64,000 nucleotides of DNA from an uncultured cyanobacterium (GCA_963719515.1 CAVRCJ010000001.1:288001-352000); one strand, 5' to 3'; counted from the first letter of the stretch, positions 29,152-39,201 are shown. The notes: a model not told the origin generated them from the sequence alone. Translations and numbers: made by a program.

Positions 29152-30372
29152 TCAGGAGGAGATCGAATCGTCCCCGCGAACTGCATCGAGAATAGCCGCA
29201 AAAATACTGTCTACATCCGCCAGTGGATTGGCGGCAACAGAGCGCAGCCAATGTCGGTTATCCAGCACGCAGGTTGACAGCATCCCGTCCGGTAAGCGGC
29301 GGCGGGCTTCTTCCGTTGAGCAGGTTAGAGGGCGAAATACCGTGACCCCGGTTTTGGGCATCGCCCACAGCTCAATATCCGATTCAGCGCTGAGTCGCTC
29401 GGCCAAGCGGGTCGCGATCGCCATCGACCGGTCAATCCGCTCGGCAACGCCGGCCCGGCCCCAAGCCAGCAGCGTGGCCAGCAGCGGGACTGCCGCAGCA
29501 CCACGAGACCCTTGAACACCTATATTCGGGTCGGTGAGATAGCTGCCGCTAAAGCTGATGGCCTTGTGGGCGTCGGGCTCCCGAAACAAAATTAAGGCTG
29601 ATTCTTTGGGCTGAAAGAGCCATTTATGGGCCGATAGGGTCACCGAGTCTGCTGCCTCAACGCCCGCTAGCAAATGTCCGTGAACGGCACTGAGCCGCAG
29701 CGGTCCGCCCCAGGCGGCATCGACGTGGGTCCATTGCGCCTGGCCTATAAGATGAAGTGGGTCAATCGCTCCTGTCGTAGTGGTTCCAGCAATGAGCACG
29801 AGTGCAGCATCAGCCAGGTCGCCCAAACGACTGGCATCGAGCCGACCTCGAGCATCGAGAGGCACCTGCTCATAGGGGAGCCCCAGGATACGGGCGGCTT
29901 TCTCAACACTAACGTGAGCGGCCTGTGAAGCAACCACTCTTTTGACGCCTTTTCCATCCCGCGCGGCCCACAGGGCTGTCAGGTTGGCCAGCGTCGAACC
30001 GGAACAGAGGTGACCACTCGCCATCCCAAAAAAAGGCGTCAGCCAATCTATGACGAGCCGTTCGGCCTCGGTGGCGAAGGGGGCAGTGGAGCGGTGGAGC
30101 AGGTTTTGATTGAGACGGGCATTCCAAAGCGCCATGGCCCAGGTAATCCATGGGGTGGGCGGATCCATATGGGCAAGAACATGGCGATCGCCAAGGGCAG
30201 CTGCACCGCCCAGAACATGGGGCGCAAGGCGCTCTAAGGTCTCTAGCTCTCCTAAACCCTGCTCGGGGCATGAGGCGGGTAGATCAGCCGCATTGAAGGG
30301 GGCCTGGCGCAGTAGCTCAACCGCGCGCTCTAGTCCGGCATTAGGTGAAAAACTGCTATCAAAATGACTCAT
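29152..30372 (-). CDS. group II PLP-dependent decarboxylase
   Basis: AHVSVEKAA, AGTTTTGAID, HVDAAWGG and SAHKWL (PLP lysine). Confidence 0.9.
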   Translation of the reverse strand: MSHFDSSFSPNAGLERAVELLRQAPFNAADLPASCPEQGLGELETLERLAPHVLGGAAALGDRHVLAHMDPPTPWITWAMALWNARLNQNLLHRSTAPFATEAERLVIDWLTPFFGMASGHLCSGSTLANLTALWAARDGKGVKRVVASQAAHVSVEKAARILGLPYEQVPLDARGRLDASRLGDLADAALVLIAGTTTTGAIDPLHLIGQAQWTHVDAAWGGPLRLSAVHGHLLAGVEAADSVTLSAHKWLFQPKESALILFREPDAHKAISFSGSYLTDPNIGVQGSRGAAAVPLLATLLAWGRAGVAERIDRSMAIATRLAERLSAESDIELWAMPKTGVTVFRPLTCSTEEARRRLPDGMLSTCVLDNRHWLRSVAANPLADVDSIFAAILDAVRGDDSISS

Positions 30373-30557
30373 GCGATTCTGCCGTTACCCTCCATCCAAC
30401 TCGCTCTTAAAGCTAATATCTATAAAAATCTTTGCAGACTAGCGCCATGCGCCCCCAAAGCGAAGAACCAGAACGGCGACGGTGCCCCCCCGCAAAACCT
30501 CTCGATTGTATACTCGAATTCTAAGGGAACGAGCGTTTATGGGATTTTGCGACCACT

Positions 30558-31337
30558 ATGCTACCGAAGGACGACTTGCTCAAGGCGGTTGAGAATCGAG
30601 AAACCGCGACTCGTGTGATCGACCAGGCGGAGCAGGCGCTGCGCACCTGGGAGATTGTTCAGACGGGGTTCCTATCGCCGCCGGAGCTGATGGATGCTGA
30701 GGCTATGTTTCAGCAGCTTACAGAGCTGACTAGCCTTGCGGGCGGGGGCTATCCTCAGGCTGAGCGCCAGCGCCTCGCGATCGCCCGCTCTGAGCTACCC
30801 CTAGACCCCTCTCAGATTGAGCTTACCGCCATTAGCATCGCCGGAAATTTCCTCTTTGACACGGCGACCCACCGCGACTTTATGGGGGCGCTGCTAGGGA
30901 CAGGTATCGTGCGCGATAAGGTGGGAGACATCGTCGTGCTGGGCGATCGCGGGGCGCAGGCGGTGGTGGTGCCGGAACTGGTAGAGTTTTTGCAGATGAG
31001 CTTGACCCAGGTGCGTACGGTGCCGGTGAAGGTGGAGCCCATCGATCTAGGTGAGCTGAAGGTGCGCGAACCCCGCCGCAAGGAGATGACTACGGTGGAG
31101 GCGTCGCTGCGGTTAGACGCGATCGCCTCGGCGGGCTTTGGTATGTCCCGCAGCAAGATGGTGGACCTGATCAGCGGCGGCAGCGTGCGGGTGAACTGGC
31201 GGGATGTGACCCAATCTAGCCACCAGCTTGCTGCGGGGGATCTAGTGGCGATTCGCGGTAAGGGGCGGCTGGAAATTGGGGAGGTCAGCGTGACGAAGAA
31301 GGACCGTTATCGAGTGAATCTGACGCGGCTGGTGTAA
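30558..31337 (+). CDS. photosystem II S4 domain protein (Sll1252/YlmH family)
   Basis: THRDFMGALLG, ASLRLDAIASAGF and S4 domain ending IRGKGRL. Confidence 0.93.
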   Translation: MLPKDDLLKAVENRETATRVIDQAEQALRTWEIVQTGFLSPPELMDAEAMFQQLTELTSLAGGGYPQAERQRLAIARSELPLDPSQIELTAISIAGNFLFDTATHRDFMGALLGTGIVRDKVGDIVVLGDRGAQAVVVPELVEFLQMSLTQVRTVPVKVEPIDLGELKVREPRRKEMTTVEASLRLDAIASAGFGMSRSKMVDLISGGSVRVNWRDVTQSSHQLAAGDLVAIRGKGRLEIGEVSVTKKDRYRVNLTRLV

Positions 31338-31410
31338 GTGCTATGCGTCTTGGCTGATGCTGTGTTATCTTGGTTATCCGCGTGGGTGTTACTTACCTGC
31401 TGTGGATTCC

Positions 31411-31484
31411 GGACGTATAGCTCAGTTGGTTAGAGCACCACGTTGACATCGTGGGGGTCACTGGTTCGAGTCCAGTTACGTCCA
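31411..31484 (+). tRNA. tRNA-Val(GAC)
   Basis: Acceptor stem GGACGTA/TACGTCC, D arm, anticodon arm CCACG-TTGACAT-CGTGG, T loop TTCGAGT; CCA not encoded. Confidence 0.97.
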
Positions 31485-31527
31485 TCTCCTAAAGCATAGT
31501 GCTCGGTACAAATACGGTACGGTGCTA

Positions 31528-31564
31528 TTTTCTAGCCCCCGTAATCGTTTCGGGGTCTAGAAAG
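31528..31564. terminator. hairpin between tRNA-Val and the convergent caspase gene
   Basis: TTTTCTAGCCCCCG...CGGGGTCTAGAAAA inverted repeat. Confidence 0.45.
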
Positions 31565-31600
31565 TGCCCTATCCTGACCTTTGCGACCTGGCGCGACGAT

Positions 31601-33883
31601 CTAACGCTCTACGACTTCAATAACTGTCGAGAAAACAGCAATCGCATCCGTGCTGATAGGCGTTTGGTCTTCAGCCATTGGCACCAAATCGAGACTTGCA
31701 GCGCTGCGGGAAACATCGCCCACATCGCCGAGTAAGCTATCCAAAATATCCAGCTCCTCCCCACGTAGCCCAACTGCCCCTCGCTTCTGGCCGCCCCGCT
31801 CAGCGATCGCCTTCAGCCCCCGTAAGGCGCGATTGAGCGGCTGACGGCTGACCAAGGTAAGCAATTCAACAAAGCCGCTGCCGCTCAATCGCAGCTCAAC
31901 CTCATCCTCTTGGCGCGGAACGACTAGCTCCTCGCCTGGGGCGATTAGGGCCGCTTCTGCCGGTGCGTCCCAATTGGCAGGATGAAGAACGACAATGTCG
32001 CCGCTGCCAGCAATGGCGATCGCGCTCAGATAAACGTCGGTGTCCTCATCATTGCGTACGCGAATTTTGACGTTCTCCCCCGCCTGAAAGGCCTGGGCCG
32101 CGATCGCAGCCTGGAAGCCCCGCCCTGCGGCCTGTGCCCCCCGACTGGCAATGGGAATCGCAGACCCCCGCCCGCCCTCTGCAAACAGCTCTCCGCTAAT
32201 GTTGAGGTTCGAGGCCGTGGATGCCATCTCCTGCAAAACCTTGGCGACCAATAGTGACTTCAAACGGTCCCCAAGTCGGCTGATGGCGGCAGTGATAGAT
32301 TCCCCAACAGGCCCTTCAGACTCAGACACGTACTCAGAAAAGTCGGGGGCAAATAGCGCTAGCGTCCCTAAGGGCGGTTGCTCGACGGCTCCAGCCTCAT
32401 CCATCAGCTGACGAATGTCTTCAGTAGTGCGGGCTAGATTAAACGCTACGTCGGCCTGGGTGGTTACCGGTTCAGCCGTGACGCGACGCTGAAGCGCTGA
32501 GCGGATAGCGGTCTCAGCCTCTGCACTCTCTTCGCTAAGGGACTCATGCAGGCCAATGCGCAGGGTGGGGTCGGGAATCGCCAACACCTGCTCCCGCAGC
32601 AGCATGCCTTCCGTGACAGTGAAGGACTCTCCCTCGACAAGGCCAGCCGTCCCGAGCAGACCGTTTCGTCTCGAAAGCCGGAGGCTGCCCAGCGGCGCAC
32701 CATCTGAACCCAGCGCGGTATAGATGGCGTCTGGAGCCGCCGCCTCTAGGTTTTGATACGCCGTGCCACCGAACCAAACTTCGATTTCAGGGCCGGAAGC
32801 AGTGGGTGTTGTTGTTCTAACGACGGCATCGGCAAAGGATCGAGAGGGCGCTAGAAAAAACAGGTTCGCCTGACTGTAGTTGCTGCCGGGGGCGTACTCA
32901 AAAATAGGAATCTGGGCGCTACGCTTTTGTGAGGTTGCTGCCGCTTTGGTGCTGCGGACCAGGTTGGTTCGAATGGTATCAGCAGGTTCAGCGTTAGGCG
33001 ACTGCCAAAGGTAGCTGGTGAGCAGGTAGGTGAAAATTCCCGATACTTTGCCCGACTCGTAGGGAAGCTCTAGGGCCACCTGGTCGCAGCTTGCTGAGCC
33101 GATGGCAACTCCTTTGGAGATGCCGAGCGATCGCCGCCGCTGAAACTCGTCTGGCTCCATTCCCAGGTCTTTCAGCCAGCGCTGCTGATTCTCAAGCTCG
33201 GCCTCGCTGGCCACTAGGGGTACGCCGCTGCGCGACAGCCGCGACTGCACCGCTCGCGCCTGGGCCGTGCCCCGGGTGCCTGCCCCGGAGAAGCAGCTGT
33301 CGAGCACCAGGGTGACGTTATCTGTAGGGATGCGCTCAGTGAGCAAAAAGAGCGATCGCCCCATGATATCGGGCACTACAATGCGATCGCCGGTTTGTCC
33401 CTCGGGGGTAATGTCTTGAGGCACTAGGGTACCGTTGAGTCCATCACCGCTGCTAGCCCCGCAGGCTTCAACGGTAATAGGGTCCGGATCTTCTACCTTA
33501 GACCCATGGCCAGAGTAGTGCACCACCACCACGTCGCCTGGCCGAGCCTGAGCGATGAGGTGCTCCTCGAATGCCTGCAGAATATTGGCGCGAGTCGGCT
33601 CTAAGGCTTCACCGTCGGCGACCTTGAGCACGTCGCTGGGGTTGAAGCCGTAGCGATGGACGAGCAGCTGGTACTGCATCTCAATATCCGTCAGGCAGCC
33701 TGAAAGAGTTGGGACGCTAGAGTCAGGGTAGTTGTTGATGCCGATAAGCAGAGCGAGCTTACGCGGCGTGGACTGGGCCACAGCGCGGTTGAACCGGCTG
33801 GCCTGCTGCAAAAAGCCTGCTTGGCTAAGGCCGATGGCTCCGAGGGCGGAACCGGTAAATTGGAGGAAGTGGCGACGCTTCAT
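31601..33883 (-). CDS. caspase-family (C14) protease with Tat signal and C-terminal DUF4384-like domain
   Basis: MKRRHFLQ Tat motif; KLALLIGINNY; catalytic HYSGHG and LDSCFSG; C-terminal VRNDEDTDVYL...VLHPANW. Confidence 0.92.
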   Translation of the reverse strand: MKRRHFLQFTGSALGAIGLSQAGFLQQASRFNRAVAQSTPRKLALLIGINNYPDSSVPTLSGCLTDIEMQYQLLVHRYGFNPSDVLKVADGEALEPTRANILQAFEEHLIAQARPGDVVVVHYSGHGSKVEDPDPITVEACGASSGDGLNGTLVPQDITPEGQTGDRIVVPDIMGRSLFLLTERIPTDNVTLVLDSCFSGAGTRGTAQARAVQSRLSRSGVPLVASEAELENQQRWLKDLGMEPDEFQRRRSLGISKGVAIGSASCDQVALELPYESGKVSGIFTYLLTSYLWQSPNAEPADTIRTNLVRSTKAAATSQKRSAQIPIFEYAPGSNYSQANLFFLAPSRSFADAVVRTTTPTASGPEIEVWFGGTAYQNLEAAAPDAIYTALGSDGAPLGSLRLSRRNGLLGTAGLVEGESFTVTEGMLLREQVLAIPDPTLRIGLHESLSEESAEAETAIRSALQRRVTAEPVTTQADVAFNLARTTEDIRQLMDEAGAVEQPPLGTLALFAPDFSEYVSESEGPVGESITAAISRLGDRLKSLLVAKVLQEMASTASNLNISGELFAEGGRGSAIPIASRGAQAAGRGFQAAIAAQAFQAGENVKIRVRNDEDTDVYLSAIAIAGSGDIVVLHPANWDAPAEAALIAPGEELVVPRQEDEVELRLSGSGFVELLTLVSRQPLNRALRGLKAIAERGGQKRGAVGLRGEELDILDSLLGDVGDVSRSAASLDLVPMAEDQTPISTDAIAVFSTVIEVVER

Positions 33884-33916
33884 AGGATAAATCGTTGAAG
33901 TAGGGCTGATTACGGC

Positions 33917-34819
33917 TTATTGGGCAAGAATGTCTTGGAGCTTGGCTGAGAGACGCGAGAGATCCACGGCGTAGTTGACAACTCCGGCATTGGCCTCTCC
34001 TGCAGTAAACTCCGCTGAATTCAAGGCAACGATCGCCGGTTCGCCTTCTACAAAGCCAAGAATTGGTCCCCCCGAAGAGCCGCTAAAGGTATCGCAGTTG
34101 TGGCGCAAAAACTCGTCTTCGGCGCTGCCCAAGATGCTGCATCCGTCGTGGACGCTGGCTGTCATGCCGGGATTATCCGCTGGAAAGTCACCGGAGTAAC
34201 CTACAAGGATGTACTGCTCAGGGTTGTCAAGTAAGACCGACAGCGGCAGCACCTTCCAGGCTACGGTGCCGTAGCGCTCTCCTAAGGGCTGGTCTAGCTT
34301 GATGAAGGCCCAATCGTCGGGGTGGGGTGGCTGGGGGCGATCGCGAAAGTCTGTACCCGGCAATACTTCAACAGCGTTTGCGATGTCATCCTGCGACAGG
34401 ATTTCGCCATTGATGACGTTGGGCGCAAACTTAATGTCGCTGTAGAACTCGTGGGTTTCTGGGTCGACAACGCAGTGAGCGTTGGTCAGCACGATGTCAG
34501 TCTCAACCAGGGTGCCGCTGCAGTGACCGCTGCCGTCTGCGGTCTGAAAGTCGACCCGCCCAATAGCGGACCAAGGGTGACTGCGGCTAGTCATCACCAC
34601 GCGATCGTCCCGCTGACCAATGACGCCTCGGCTCCCGCCTTCAGTAGGGCTGCGGGCCTGCCCGAGTCCTTCTGGAACGAACGTCGTGGGGTCGGGGTCA
34701 AGGTTGAGTGAGCTGTCTAGGCTGGGCTGGGCCTGCACGGCGGCGAGACCGGCAAGGGCGGCTCCGGTGAAACCGGCGATCGCCAACAATACGTTGGTGG
34801 GTAGGCGATGATGAGTCAT
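33917..34819 (-). CDS. exported trypsin-like (V8/glutamyl endopeptidase-type) serine protease
   Basis: Signal peptide ending VQA; VIGQRDDR; catalytic TNAHC, DWAFI and GSSGGP. Confidence 0.9.
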   Translation of the reverse strand: MTHHRLPTNVLLAIAGFTGAALAGLAAVQAQPSLDSSLNLDPDPTTFVPEGLGQARSPTEGGSRGVIGQRDDRVVMTSRSHPWSAIGRVDFQTADGSGHCSGTLVETDIVLTNAHCVVDPETHEFYSDIKFAPNVINGEILSQDDIANAVEVLPGTDFRDRPQPPHPDDWAFIKLDQPLGERYGTVAWKVLPLSVLLDNPEQYILVGYSGDFPADNPGMTASVHDGCSILGSAEDEFLRHNCDTFSGSSGGPILGFVEGEPAIVALNSAEFTAGEANAGVVNYAVDLSRLSAKLQDILAQ

Positions 34820-35149
34820 GGTGGTGTTGAACAGGGGCAAAGAACGGTATGCGTAAAAATGGCTCAGTTGACGTTGCGAATCAAGGTGAACGCGGCCCAA
34901 AGACGCGGGTTGGGTGCTGCTCTATGGTGGTGAGCATGGTCTGCCGTAAGGCTTGGGCTTTGTCCACAGGGTTGTCGGGGTCTTGTCACAGGCAGTAGAA
35001 CTGCGGTTGCCTACGGAACTTCGAGCTTTCAGCCGCTTGAACTGTCACAAGCAACCGCGCCAACGCAATAGATCTCAACTAATTTTCCTTAGAAGAGGAT
35101 ACCGCAGCCACCCGACCCCTGGCGTCAGTGTTACAGAATTGTGAACAGC

Positions 35150-36007
35150 TCAAATCCGCGCCTGCTGCCGCTGCCGAATTGCATCGATATTCTCCTGAGC
35201 CTCCGCCAAATTCGGGTTCAGCGTCAGGGTTCGCTCAAACGCCGCGATCGCCTCCTCATTTCGCTCCAGCGCCATCAGCACCACGCCCTTGTAATACCAG
35301 CCGCTCACATTGCTAGCGTTGAGCTGCAGCACCCGCTCAAACGATAGTAGCGCCGTCTCCAGCTGCCCCAACTGCCCCGCCATTCTGCCCCGGTTTAGCC
35401 AAGCCCGCTCGAAGCTGGGGTTTAGCGTCACGGCTTTGTCGTAGGCCGCGAAGGCGTCCTCATAGCGCTCTAGCCGGGTGAGCGTAATCCCCTGGTGGAA
35501 CCACGCGTCGGCGTTGTCGGGATTGAGGGCGATCGCCTCCGCGTAGGCCCCTAGGGCCTCTTGGGGGCGACCCGCATCGTCGAGGGAAATGCCCAGCCAA
35601 ATCCAGGCGTATTGGTGGCTGCTGTCGAGGGTGGTTGCCTGTTTGAGGGACGCGATCGCTTCCTCGTAGCGCTCTAAGTGATACAGCGCGTAGCCTTTGC
35701 CGACGTGGGCTGGGGCGTGGGCTGCATTGAGGGCAATCGCTTCTTCAAAGGCGGCGATCGCGTCGGTATAGCGGCCTGCATCAATTGCGGCAATGCCCTG
35801 GTCCATCCAAGTTTGGAGGGTATCGGCGGTCTTCTGGGAAATGACTATGGGTGAGGCAAACTGCTGAGGGGTGGTGGTCGTTGGCACAGCTGCTAAGGAG
35901 CTAGGCCGATCCTGAAGCCCCATCGCCACGCTTTTAGGCGATGCGCCCAGCGTCAAGCTGGCCGTAGTGGATAGGAGTAATCCGATTCCGAGCTGAGTAA
36001 TACGCAT
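35150..36007 (-). CDS. exported tetratricopeptide repeat protein
   Basis: Signal-like N-terminus and about 6 canonical 34-aa TPRs. Confidence 0.88.
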   Translation of the reverse strand: MRITQLGIGLLLSTTASLTLGASPKSVAMGLQDRPSSLAAVPTTTTPQQFASPIVISQKTADTLQTWMDQGIAAIDAGRYTDAIAAFEEAIALNAAHAPAHVGKGYALYHLERYEEAIASLKQATTLDSSHQYAWIWLGISLDDAGRPQEALGAYAEAIALNPDNADAWFHQGITLTRLERYEDAFAAYDKAVTLNPSFERAWLNRGRMAGQLGQLETALLSFERVLQLNASNVSGWYYKGVVLMALERNEEAIAAFERTLTLNPNLAEAQENIDAIRQRQQARI

Positions 36008-36140
36008 TGTTGTTGTCCTCGGTTAAGTCAATAGAAAATGCTGTGCTCTGCTGAAACGTACGTCTCGCTGTGAGAGACCTATGGGATTTTTGGCGTTGCT
36101 GATTTTGGGTATGCATTTTGTAGGGACATGGCAGTGCCAT

Positions 36141-36524
36141 GTACTTGTTTAGCGTCCTGGAAGCCCCTATCCCTAGCCCTTCCCTCAGAATTGATACCGC
36201 TGGCGAATTTCATGTCTTGTTACATCTCGGCTATTTCTTGCCCCGGAGAAGGCCCCCTTTTCTGGTATGCCCGAAGGGCTTTAAGCCCCCAATTCTGGGG
36301 GACTTCTAGAGCGGTCAGAACTCCTTAAAGGCAATAGCCGCGAATAGTATGGCCACTGCTCCGGTTCCCCCAGAATTGGGGGTTAGGGGGCCTCGAAAGC
36401 GTGCAGCTCGATTACGAAATATTTCGCCAGCGGTATCAGAATTGGGGGAAGGGAACCAGACTCCCCTCTCCCAGTATTGGGAGAGGGGCCGGGAGTGAGG
36501 GCCTTCGATACGCTAAACAGATAC
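36141..36524. mobile_element. outer MITE with 15-bp imperfect TIRs and 8-bp TSD AGTGCCAT
   Basis: TIRs GTACTTGTTTAGCGT / ACGCTAAACAGATAC (13/15). AGTGCCAT occurs at 36133-36140 and 36525-36532. Confidence 0.75.
36194..36436. mobile_element. inner MITE with perfect 14-bp TIRs and 8-bp TSD CAGAATTG
   Basis: TIRs ATACCGCTGGCGAA / TTCGCCAGCGGTAT. CAGAATTG occurs at 36186-36193 and 36437-36444; internal CCCCCAATTCTGGGGG-type palindromes. Confidence 0.8.
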
Positions 36525-36536
36525 AGTGCCATATCC

Positions 36537-38018
36537 GAATGGCACTGACATAAGCTGTATCAGGCTGCCAGTTTAGCTTTGAGGACAGAACGCGGTTGCT
36601 GCATGCGAGGAAAAGGCTTGGGTCTGCGTTTGACCACTCTCGGTTCGTGGCGATTGGGGCGAAAGGGAACGATGAGCTGAGCAATCAGACGCAGCAATAT
36701 CTGATACTGCTGGGAGCGTTGCTGGTGGGTTGCGCCAATAAATGCAGGACGGGCGTGATTCAGCTGCTGTCTTGTGCCCTGCAGCGACAAGCGCAATGCC
36801 GCTGCTGTTGAGTGCTCCGAGGCTTGCCACATCAAGGTGCGCAGCAGATTGTAGGCGAGCAGGTGCATCCATAGGTCCTTTTTGACTATCTGTGGGGTCT
36901 TGGCTGCAATCATCTCCATGCCTAGCGTGGTTTTGAGGTGCTTGAGGTTGACCTCAGTGGCCTGCCAGCGCTGGTGATAGAGGTCAATGAGCTTGGCCTT
37001 TGGATAGCGTTTGGGATCGCTTAAGGTGGTCACCACAATGATCTCAGTTGGCCGAAATCCGCGCTGAGTAATCAGTAGATGCACTTCCCTCACCTCCAGA
37101 TACAACGGCAGCGACTCAAACGCTGCGCTGCTCATTGAGGCTGGACAGCGGGCGGGGCGCTGCCAAACGACACGGTGGTCGCCAATGCCCAGCTTCTTGC
37201 CTCGGCGAAAGTCGCAGCGGCGAGCATGATGCTTGCGAAACACCCCATCAGCACCAGCCGCCTGGACAAGCGCTAAGTCAGCATAGGTGCCATAGGCGGA
37301 ATCAGCTACCACCACATCCTCTGGAGCCAAACAGGCATACAGTTGCCGCGCCAGTTGCCATTCGCTGGTGCCAAACGGAGCAATGGCCGCTTCGAGTACC
37401 GCCCCACTGTTCAGACAAAACCACACCACCACCCGGGCGATGGGAAACCCACAGCCGGGCTTTTGCGTACTCACCTGCGGATATTCCGCCTGATTGGCAG
37501 CAGTATCGCTCATCTGTACTCCGGTGCCATCAAACGCTTTCACCCGTCTGCCACACCAGTACTGCTCAACTGGTACTTGCGCGTGTAGGGCACTCGCGCT
37601 GCGCTTGAGTAACGATGGGAGAATCGCCCAGGGCAGCCGTTTGCGGGCTTTGCTATACCCTCCAGTATCCGATGACGGCACCGCCTCACCTGTCATCGCC
37701 ATCCAGGTGGTCACCCGCTTGACTGCGTTGCTCAGGCTGCTGTCACCATCTATCACTTGCGATATCCACGCCCACACAACCACCATCGGCGTGTAAAGCA
37801 CTTGTCGATAAGTTACTTGGTGTTCCTCTAGCACCTGGGCAATTTGAGATTCGCTGAGCACCTGGGCAAACGGCAGGCCCAGACTGTTTTGGTATTGCTG
37901 CTTGAGAATTTCGGCTCGATTCGGCATAGTAGAGACAGTATTTTGTGGCTTTGATCCCCTGATTGTCCCTAATCATGGGGCTCGAAGCCTTTTTTTGTCT
38001 CTTACGTCAGTGCCATTC
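36537..38018 (-). mobile_element. IS4-family insertion sequence, 1482 bp, 10-bp TSD TGCCATATCC
   Basis: TIR GAATGGCACTGAC(A/G)TAAG (17/18). TSD at 36527-36536 and 38019-38028. Confidence 0.93.
36560..37927 (-). CDS. IS4-family DDE transposase
   Basis: AFDGT, VADSAY and YHQRWQATEVNLKHLK (YREK-like motif). Confidence 0.93.
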   Translation of the reverse strand: MPNRAEILKQQYQNSLGLPFAQVLSESQIAQVLEEHQVTYRQVLYTPMVVVWAWISQVIDGDSSLSNAVKRVTTWMAMTGEAVPSSDTGGYSKARKRLPWAILPSLLKRSASALHAQVPVEQYWCGRRVKAFDGTGVQMSDTAANQAEYPQVSTQKPGCGFPIARVVVWFCLNSGAVLEAAIAPFGTSEWQLARQLYACLAPEDVVVADSAYGTYADLALVQAAGADGVFRKHHARRCDFRRGKKLGIGDHRVVWQRPARCPASMSSAAFESLPLYLEVREVHLLITQRGFRPTEIIVVTTLSDPKRYPKAKLIDLYHQRWQATEVNLKHLKTTLGMEMIAAKTPQIVKKDLWMHLLAYNLLRTLMWQASEHSTAAALRLSLQGTRQQLNHARPAFIGATHQQRSQQYQILLRLIAQLIVPFRPNRHEPRVVKRRPKPFPRMQQPRSVLKAKLAA

Positions 38019-38028
38019 TGCCATATCC

Positions 38029-38448
38029 CTACTGCCTGCCGTTGGGTTTATCCAACGCTGCAAATTCATACCTTGATTTATTAACGCCTCTCTTTGGTTT
38101 AGGAAGGCTGCACCAATGCACGTCGCCCAATGCTCGCGCTAGGGTGAGTGCCTCTTGGTAGCAGCAGTACGCGGCCTGAATCTGACCCAAATGCCAGTAG
38201 CAGCTCCCCAGCCGCTGAAAGATCTGCCGCTCTGCCTGAAAGTTGCCCAAAACCGTCCACAGCGTCAGCGCCGACTCTAGGTATGGGGCGGCGTCGGCGT
38301 ATTGACCTTGGTCATAGAAGGTCATCCCTGTGGTCTGTAGTACTAGGGCGCGGCTCTGCTGCTCGCGAGCGGTAGATGATGCTAGACAAATTTTTTCGGT
38401 GACGTGGTCGCGAAGCTGGCAAAGCAGGTTGACTAAATTTTTCATCAC
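38029..38448 (-). CDS. small TPR protein, probably C-terminally truncated
   Basis: Two TPR-like units, then a non-TPR tail after GDVH. Confidence 0.6.
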   Translation of the reverse strand: MMKNLVNLLCQLRDHVTEKICLASSTAREQQSRALVLQTTGMTFYDQGQYADAAPYLESALTLWTVLGNFQAERQIFQRLGSCYWHLGQIQAAYCCYQEALTLARALGDVHWCSLPKPKRGVNKSRYEFAALDKPNGRQ

Positions 38449-38631
38449 AGCTCTCCTAAATCTGAAAAGGTTCCTCTCTCTTGCTGATGCATACTTCTCG
38501 GCAAGGCAGACATATGGAAATCGTGTTGGCGCTTGCAGGCGTTTTAGCCTTCAGGCAAAGTTTCTGCTTCCATATCTTTTGCTAAACGAGAGCTATTTCG
38601 TAATGTCCCAAGGCGAACCTATAGGAGAGAT

Positions 38632-39111
38632 ATGATGTGCAATGCTGTGCTGCTTCACGTTTGGACGAGCGCTGCCCTGCCGCTGCTGGCGGTCCCCCAG
38701 GCAATCGCGGTGGATATTGGTCGCTATGTGGAGCATCAGACGAACAAAGCTGCCATTTTTAGCGCCGTTGGCGCTGGCCTGTGCGAGGTGGGTCATGTGT
38801 CTCGCGGCGTGGAGTGCCTGGAGCGATCGCGGGCTATCTACGTTGTTTTGGGCGATGAGCGGGCGGAGCGGCGAGTGCTGCTGCAGATGGGGGAGACCTA
38901 TCTGCAGGTGGGGCGCTTCACCCTGGCTATCTGCTGTTTTCAGGAGGCGCTTGCCCTAAGCCAGCGGCTGGGCCGGGTGGCGGAGGTGGAAGCGTTACGG
39001 CTGCTGGCGATAGGCTATGAGCAGGCGGCAATGCCGTTTTCGGCGGCGGATGTGACGCAGCAGGCGGCGCTGCTGGATGGCAGCGGCGTGGTGGATGTCC
39101 CAGTGCATTAG
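38632..39111 (+). CDS. small TPR protein
   Basis: TPR-like units LGDERAERRVLLQMGETY...AICCFQEAL, similar to the divergent neighbour. Confidence 0.65.
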   Translation: MMCNAVLLHVWTSAALPLLAVPQAIAVDIGRYVEHQTNKAAIFSAVGAGLCEVGHVSRGVECLERSRAIYVVLGDERAERRVLLQMGETYLQVGRFTLAICCFQEALALSQRLGRVAEVEALRLLAIGYEQAAMPFSAADVTQQAALLDGSGVVDVPVH

Positions 39112-39201
39112 GGCCACTGCTATATGCCAGCGTTGAGAGCGGCAGCGTTTACTGCACGGTGAGCCTGTAGTCACCGCGCAGCCTGGTTATCTCTACATTT
39201 C

